A stretch of 64,000 nt of DNA from Chitinophagaceae bacterium. Its GTDB lineage: Bacteria > Bacteroidota > Bacteroidia > Chitinophagales > Chitinophagaceae. Under the pieces are notes generated by a model. The model did not search any database. It saw only the letters and a program-made list of their open reading frames with translations, and was not told the DNA's origin. The stretch is from the NCBI GenBank assembly GCA_049242885.1, contig JBMLOQ010000130.1, positions 5,821-69,820 on the forward strand, read 5' to 3'. Positions 59,901 to 64,000 of this stretch are shown piece by piece. The stretch's first letter is position 1, and every line of letters begins with the position of its first letter. Made by a program: the position numbers and the translations under genes.

Positions 59901-60413
59901 AAACTAGTAGCACATTATTATGCTGTTAGCGATGGCATTGGTGTTCATAAATCACCAAGTGTTTATGGTGCTTTCCCAATTACGCCATACTCTCATACAC
60001 CATTGCATAAAGGAGCTCAACAACCAGGAATGACAGGGCAAGTAAAAGAAGATATTCTTACACGCCTGGGTGAATTGGGAGCTAACATAAAACAAGGAAA
60101 GCTACATTTTGAACCAACCATTTTGCTAAAGAAAGAATTGTTGCAGGATTCCCTTAACGCAAATTTTGCTTTGGTAGATGGAAGTTCAAAAACCATTTTG
60201 ATACCAAAAGATGCTTTAGCTTTTACCATTTGTCAAGTTCCAATAATATATAAAATTTCAACTTTAGTAAAAATTGAAATTGAATTCGCAATTGGCGTAA
60301 TTGAAACTTTAAACGGCAATTGCTTATCAGAAATTTTAACTCAAAAAGTAGTTAATAGAACAGGTGAAATTAATCGAATCACAGTTTATTTAAATGAAGG
60401 TTGCTTTAAATAA
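56979..60413 (+). CDS. large cytoplasmic GH94-clan-like glycoside phosphorylase, GH149-like (candidate beta-1,3-glucan phosphorylase)
   Basis: No signal peptide, 1144 aa. GNWRDIFQNWEAL resembles the RDxxQ motif. RPEWNDANNALVG resembles the catalytic DWND-type motif. FEGLGSIYWHM resembles the GSxxW phosphate-site motif of GH94-type phosphorylases. Size and neighbours (GH16/GH17/GH30/GPH) fit what is reported for bacterial GH149. Confidence 0.55.
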   Translation: MNSASTVNKPLESVVINDEIFYKIENVDALRPFFMSIVSDSNHWLFVASNGGLSAGRKNAQFALFPYYTDDKITESAENTGSKTIVKVHQNNSTVLWQPFSVKDEGKFNKTNNLYQSKWGNKIIFEEINHDLQISFSYEWSNSNEFGFVKKSTLTNLSNNKVEVSFIDGLQNIMPYGVPSDVQNSTSNLVDAYKRSELLPECGIGIYALSAIIVDKAEPAEALKANIVWSFGLDNVTYLLSSFQLKNFIKNVAITQEEDVKGEKGAYFITSNISLEANANKSWYFVANVNQTQSNVIALNEFLKTEKKLAEKIKSSIDLGTQNLQQLTAAADSLQFTADTLKDTRHYNNVLFNIMRGGIFDNNYQIEKWDFELYIQKANKQLFESLSATLNSLPNECSIFQLKAIAEQSNNNDFIRLATEYLPLKFSRRHGDPSRPWNQFSINTRSEVDGSKILDYQGNWRDIFQNWEALAHAYPAFIEGMITKFLNASTFDGYNPYRVTKDGFDWETIEPDNPWSYIGYWGDHQIIYLLKFLEFAEQHQAGFLSSKLLNNHFVYANVPYKIKSYDAIVANPKDTIEYDHANEKNIHYRIATLGADGALLATKNGEIYKVNFIEKILATTLAKLSNFVPEAGIWMNTQRPEWNDANNALVGNGVSMVTLYYLRRFLNFLIESLDNNSIHNIEISNEIHSFYTAIAETLKHHETLLSTSISNKKRKEIVDALGNAASSFRNNVYDNSFSGSKSIISTCELINFFKTALQFIDHSIKANKRNDNLYHAYNLLNFENDGLSISYLSEMLEGQVAVLSAGILTAEESIKVLDALKASSLYRADQNSYILYPNKQLPRFLVKNNITSSAIQTSSLLQQLLQDGNTSIIEKDILGGFHFNGNFKNADDVATALNNLNEVYSNLVSQDKDLVLDIFETVFNHKEFTGRSGTFFAFEGLGSIYWHMVSKLAVAVQETCLRAISSGASNDLINKLVAHYYAVSDGIGVHKSPSVYGAFPITPYSHTPLHKGAQQPGMTGQVKEDILTRLGELGANIKQGKLHFEPTILLKKELLQDSLNANFALVDGSSKTILIPKDALAFTICQVPIIYKISTLVKIEIEFAIGVIETLNGNCLSEILTQKVVNRTGEINRITVYLNEGCFK

Positions 60414-61663
60414 TGCTCAAAAAAATCTCTATCATATTCACAGCAACTGTTGCTTTTTTAAACACTGGTTTTGCTCAACAAAAAAATGCAAACCCAACAG
60501 CAGCTACTATTTTAGGTAATCCAAAATATAAAGCTATTTGCTATGGAGGTTATAGACAGTGTAATAGAGATAGTGCCCCTACAATTGCTCAAATAAAAGA
60601 AGATCTTAAAATTTTAACTGCTTTAAACTATAAAATATTAAGAACCTATAATGTACATAAACAAGAAATTTCTAATATACTTGAAGCTATAACACAACTA
60701 AAAAAAGAGCGAAAGCAATTTGAAATGTATGTTATGCTTGGTGCTTGGATTGATTGTAAAAATGCTTGGACCAACTTACCTCCTATTCATAACGAAGAAA
60801 GTGAACGTAATGCTGTTGAAGTAGCTGAAGCTGTGAGATTAGCCAATAAATATCCTTCAATAGTTAAAATAATTTCTGTAGGCAATGAAGCAATGGTAAA
60901 CTGGGCTACGAGCTATTATGTAACCACAAATATCATTTTAAAATGGGTTAATCATCTTCAAAATCTTAAGAAAACCAACCAACTAAATAAAGATATTTGG
61001 ATTACAAGTTCTGACAATTTTGCTTCTTGGGGTGGTGGAGATTCTAGTTATCATTCAAACGACTTAAAAGCATTAATAAATGCAGTAGATTATGTGTCTA
61101 TACACACCTACCCTATGCACGATACCCATTATAATCCAACGTTTTGGGGTACTAAAGCCAACGAAAAAAACCTATCCCAAAAAGAACAAGTTAAAGCTAT
61201 AATGCTTAGAGCAAGGGACTATGCTATTAATCAATATAACAGTGTTGTACACTATATAAAAGCTAATGGTATTAAAAAAGCTGTGCACATTGGTGAAACT
61301 GGTTGGGCTACTCAATGCAATGAGCTTTATGGCAATAATGGATCAAAAGCAATTGACGAATATAAAGCTGCTATTTATCATCAACTAATTAGCGATTGGG
61401 CAACTAAACAAAAAATAAGTTGCTTTTACTTCGAAGCATTTGATGAATGTTGGAAAAACGGAAGTAATCCTATGCACTCTGAAAATCATTTTGGTTTCAT
61501 TAACCTTAATGGTCAAGCAAAATATGCACTTTGGAAATTAGTTGACAAAGGCGTTTTTAAATCACTTACTAGAGATGGCAAAAATATTACTAAAACTTAT
61601 GATGGAAATGAAGCTTTGCTAATGAAAGAAGTGCAATTACCCACATCAATTTTAAAAAATTAA
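60413..61663 (+). CDS. GH17 family beta-1,3-glucanase / glucanosyltransferase, secreted
   Basis: Signal peptide. ISVGNEAMVNW (acid/base) and HIGETGWATQ (nucleophile), as in GH17. The start overlaps the upstream stop (TAATG). Confidence 0.8.
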   Translation: MLKKISIIFTATVAFLNTGFAQQKNANPTAATILGNPKYKAICYGGYRQCNRDSAPTIAQIKEDLKILTALNYKILRTYNVHKQEISNILEAITQLKKERKQFEMYVMLGAWIDCKNAWTNLPPIHNEESERNAVEVAEAVRLANKYPSIVKIISVGNEAMVNWATSYYVTTNIILKWVNHLQNLKKTNQLNKDIWITSSDNFASWGGGDSSYHSNDLKALINAVDYVSIHTYPMHDTHYNPTFWGTKANEKNLSQKEQVKAIMLRARDYAINQYNSVVHYIKANGIKKAVHIGETGWATQCNELYGNNGSKAIDEYKAAIYHQLISDWATKQKISCFYFEAFDECWKNGSNPMHSENHFGFINLNGQAKYALWKLVDKGVFKSLTRDGKNITKTYDGNEALLMKEVQLPTSILKN

Positions 61664-61674
61664 AAAGTATCAAC

Positions 61675-63174
61675 ATGAAAAAACTTATAAAAAGTGCAAA
61701 ACTGTTGATGATTACATTAAGTATGATTGCTGTTTTAAATGAAAATAGTTCAGCCCAAAAATTAATAGTAGAAATTTATGAAACTGCTGCGAATGGAAAT
61801 TCTTTAAAAAAAATTGCTCCTATTTCAAAGGCTATTAATCCTATAAAAATTTCTATTAATCCAGAAGAAAAATTTCAAAAAATTACTGGTTTTGGGGGTT
61901 CTTTTACACAATCAACAGCCTATTTACTAAACAAGCTTAGTGCTGCCAATCGAAAAAAAATTATTGATGGTTATTTCAGCGAAGCTGGAGCAAACTACTC
62001 CCTCACCAGAACACATATAAACTCTTGTGATTTTAGTACGCATCAATATGCTTATAACACTACTCCCAATGATACAGCTTTAAATCAGTTTGATATTAGT
62101 GAAGATGAAAAGGGTATTATACCTATGATTAAGGCTGCAAAAAAAACCAGCAAAGATGGCTTTAAAATAATTGCTTCGCCTTGGACTGCACCACCTTGGA
62201 TGAAAGACAACAACCTTTGGGTGGGCGGAAAATTGCTACCAAAATATTACGATACTTGGGCATTATATTTTAGCAAATACTTTAAGGCATATAAAAAACA
62301 CAACATCAATTTTTGGGGCATTACTGTAGAAAACGAACCTCATGGAAATGGCAATAATTGGGAAAGTATGTTGTATAGTCCAAAAGAAATGACAGATTTT
62401 GTAGAGTTTCATCTTGGACCTAAGCTAGAAAAAGATGGATATGGTAAAATAAAAATTTTAGGTTACGATCAAAACCGTGCTGGCATACAAGAATGGGTAG
62501 ATGAAATGTATCGTTCTCCCAACTCAACCAAATATTATGCAGGTTTAGCAGTTCATTGGTACGAAAGCACCTATGATTATTTTGGTGATGCTTTACAATA
62601 TGCACACAAAAAAAATCCATCGAAACATTTAATAAATACTGAGGCTTGCATTGATAGTGATGTGCCAGCTTGGAAAAATGATAGTTGGTATTGGAGCAAA
62701 GAAGCAACAGATTGGGGCTGGGATTGGGCAAGTGAAAAAGAAAAACATTTGCACCCCAAATATGCCCCAGTATTTAGATATGCTACAGATATTATTGGCT
62801 GTTTAAATAATTATGTAGATGGTTGGGTAGATTGGAATATGGTTTTAAACAAACAAGGTGGCCCAAATTGGTTTAAAAACTGGTGTGCTGCTCCTGTGTT
62901 GGTAGATGAAGATAAAGACGAAGTGTATTTTACCCCTTTGTATTACACTATGGCTCACTTTAGTAAATTTATAAGACCAGGAGCTACTAGAATTGGCTTT
63001 ACAAATCCTGATAAAGACTTGATGGTTACTGCTGCAAAAAATGTTGATGGAAGTATTGCAGTAGTTGTATTTAATCAAACAGAAGAAACAAAAAACATTT
63101 CACTAACGATTAATAAAAAACTTGTTGACTTAAAAATTTCAGCAAAAGCTATTCAAACCATTTTTATAAAATAA
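61675..63174 (+). CDS. GH30 family glycosidase (beta-1,6-glucanase / glucosylceramidase-like), secreted
   Basis: GFGGSFTQS, SPWTAPPWMK, ITVENEP (acid/base) and INTEAC (nucleophile). Signal peptide present. Confidence 0.85.
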   Translation: MKKLIKSAKLLMITLSMIAVLNENSSAQKLIVEIYETAANGNSLKKIAPISKAINPIKISINPEEKFQKITGFGGSFTQSTAYLLNKLSAANRKKIIDGYFSEAGANYSLTRTHINSCDFSTHQYAYNTTPNDTALNQFDISEDEKGIIPMIKAAKKTSKDGFKIIASPWTAPPWMKDNNLWVGGKLLPKYYDTWALYFSKYFKAYKKHNINFWGITVENEPHGNGNNWESMLYSPKEMTDFVEFHLGPKLEKDGYGKIKILGYDQNRAGIQEWVDEMYRSPNSTKYYAGLAVHWYESTYDYFGDALQYAHKKNPSKHLINTEACIDSDVPAWKNDSWYWSKEATDWGWDWASEKEKHLHPKYAPVFRYATDIIGCLNNYVDGWVDWNMVLNKQGGPNWFKNWCAAPVLVDEDKDEVYFTPLYYTMAHFSKFIRPGATRIGFTNPDKDLMVTAAKNVDGSIAVVVFNQTEETKNISLTINKKLVDLKISAKAIQTIFIK

Positions 63175-63205
63175 TTAAATCTAACGAAAAAACAACTAAC
63201 GCCTT

Positions 63206-64000
63206 ATGTCAAATTCAGTACAAACAAATAAAGTACCTATGGTTAAAAAGGTAGCTTTTGGTGTAGGTATGCTTGCAAACCAAATGTTTCCTGCTGCCCT
63301 TGGAGTATTTATGGTTGTATTAGTAAACGGTTTTGGATTTCCTGTTTGGATGGTTGCTATTTTAACCTTTGCTCCAAGACTTTTAGATTTTGTAATTGAT
63401 CCAATCATGGGTTTTATTACTGATAATACACGCTCTCGTTGGGGCAAAAGAAGACATTATGTTTTTATTGGTGCTATAATATTAGGCATTAGTTTTTTAT
63501 TCATGTGGCAAATACATAAAGACAATGGAATAACATTTAATTTTTTCTATTTTCTGTTTTTTAAACTTTGCTTATACATTGGGCTTACTATTTTTAGTAT
63601 TCCTTTTGTAGCCATGGGTTATGAAATGAGCGAAGATTTTCACGAGCGTACACAAATTATGGCTATTGCACAATGGATTGGTCAATGGGCTTGGGTAATT
63701 GTTCCTTGGTTTTGGATAATTATTTACGACCCAACTTGGTTTCCTTCTCCTGAAGCAGGGGCAAGGTCATTATCAGTTTGGGTAGCAATAATTTGCATGC
63801 TTTTTGCTATGGTTCCTGCCTTTTTTATAAAGTCGGCATCTACCTTAAACGAAACAAGTTTTAAATCCATAAGCTTAAGAAATATTGGAGGTATTTTTAA
63901 AAATTTAATTCACGAATTTAAAGAGGCATTTAAATTACAAGACTTTAGAAGATTGTGCTATGCAACCTTTTTTACCTTCAATGCTTTTAACACAGTTGCA
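63206..64000 (+). CDS. GPH-family (glycoside-pentoside-hexuronide:cation symporter) MFS transporter, 5' partial (continues past the window end)
   Basis: Hand translation from the ATG at 63206 stays open to the window end. The GPH signature is IDPIMGFITDNTRSRWGKRRHY, and multiple TM helices are present. The antisense ORF at 63196-63447 is rejected. Confidence 0.85.
   Translation, partial: MSNSVQTNKVPMVKKVAFGVGMLANQMFPAALGVFMVVLVNGFGFPVWMVAILTFAPRLLDFVIDPIMGFITDNTRSRWGKRRHYVFIGAIILGISFLFMWQIHKDNGITFNFFYFLFFKLCLYIGLTIFSIPFVAMGYEMSEDFHERTQIMAIAQWIGQWAWVIVPWFWIIIYDPTWFPSPEAGARSLSVWVAIICMLFAMVPAFFIKSASTLNETSFKSISLRNIGGIFKNLIHEFKEAFKLQDFRRLCYATFFTFNAFNTVA

Noticed and set aside
63196-63447. 83-aa minus-strand ORF after GH30
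   Set aside because: It is antisense to the 5' end of the GPH transporter gene, whose plus-strand frame is open to the window end and carries the family signature.

Overview
AT-rich chromosomal segment with Bacteroidota hallmarks: T9SS C-terminal sorting domains, a UpxY antiterminator, TAnnTTTG-type -7 promoter boxes and no Shine-Dalgarno sequences. I saw no transposase, integrase, phage gene or CRISPR array.

Gene content, left to right:
- 1-2265: start of a UpxY-led polysaccharide locus on the minus strand (UpxY, CpsB-type phosphatase, ATP-grasp protein).
- 2316-18978: housekeeping genes (bioB, TlpA-like thioredoxin, nrnA-like DHH phosphoesterase, FKBP PPIase, tilS, ybjQ, a methyltransferase, parC, a thioesterase, rdgB). 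This stretch also holds a 1264-aa TraB/GumN (Tiki-like) giant protein followed by a DUF1835 protein.
- 19044-24376: a five-gene MoxR / DUF58 / DUF4350 / DUF4129 / SpoIIM-like module.
- 24453-37437: a GT2 glycosyltransferase, tRNA-Val, an S8 peptidase, smc, an HMA-like + TonB-dependent receptor pair, an alanine-dehydrogenase-family gene and a T9SS-secreted GH16.
- 37850-50230: a complete S10-spc ribosomal protein cluster, rpsJ to secY, on the minus strand.
- 50419-64000: a beta-1,3-glucan (laminarin-type) utilisation locus.

Most interesting observations:
1. The glucan locus has no SusC/SusD pair. It is headed instead by a 1034-aa protein that fuses a clan GH-A TIM-barrel glycosidase-like domain to a roughly 600-aa predicted outer-membrane beta-barrel. 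A Big_2/CBM-like lipoprotein follows it. The rest of the locus is GH16, a roughly 1140-aa cytoplasmic GH94-clan (GH149-like) phosphorylase, GH17, GH30 and a GPH symporter. A divergent NrtR-like Nudix regulator and a candidate operator sit upstream.
2. The ribosomal protein cluster has unusually long spacers (39-146 nt). They are full of short tandem or inverted word repeats and hairpins.
3. A 286-nt GC-enriched structured element lies between rpsJ and rplC.
4. A terminator-like hairpin precedes secY.
5. The cluster is cut off from the str and alpha operons.

Coordinates that I derived by hand (hairpins, promoters, tRNA) may be off by 1-2 nt. CDS coordinates follow the supplied ORF track, with start codons re-chosen where noted.
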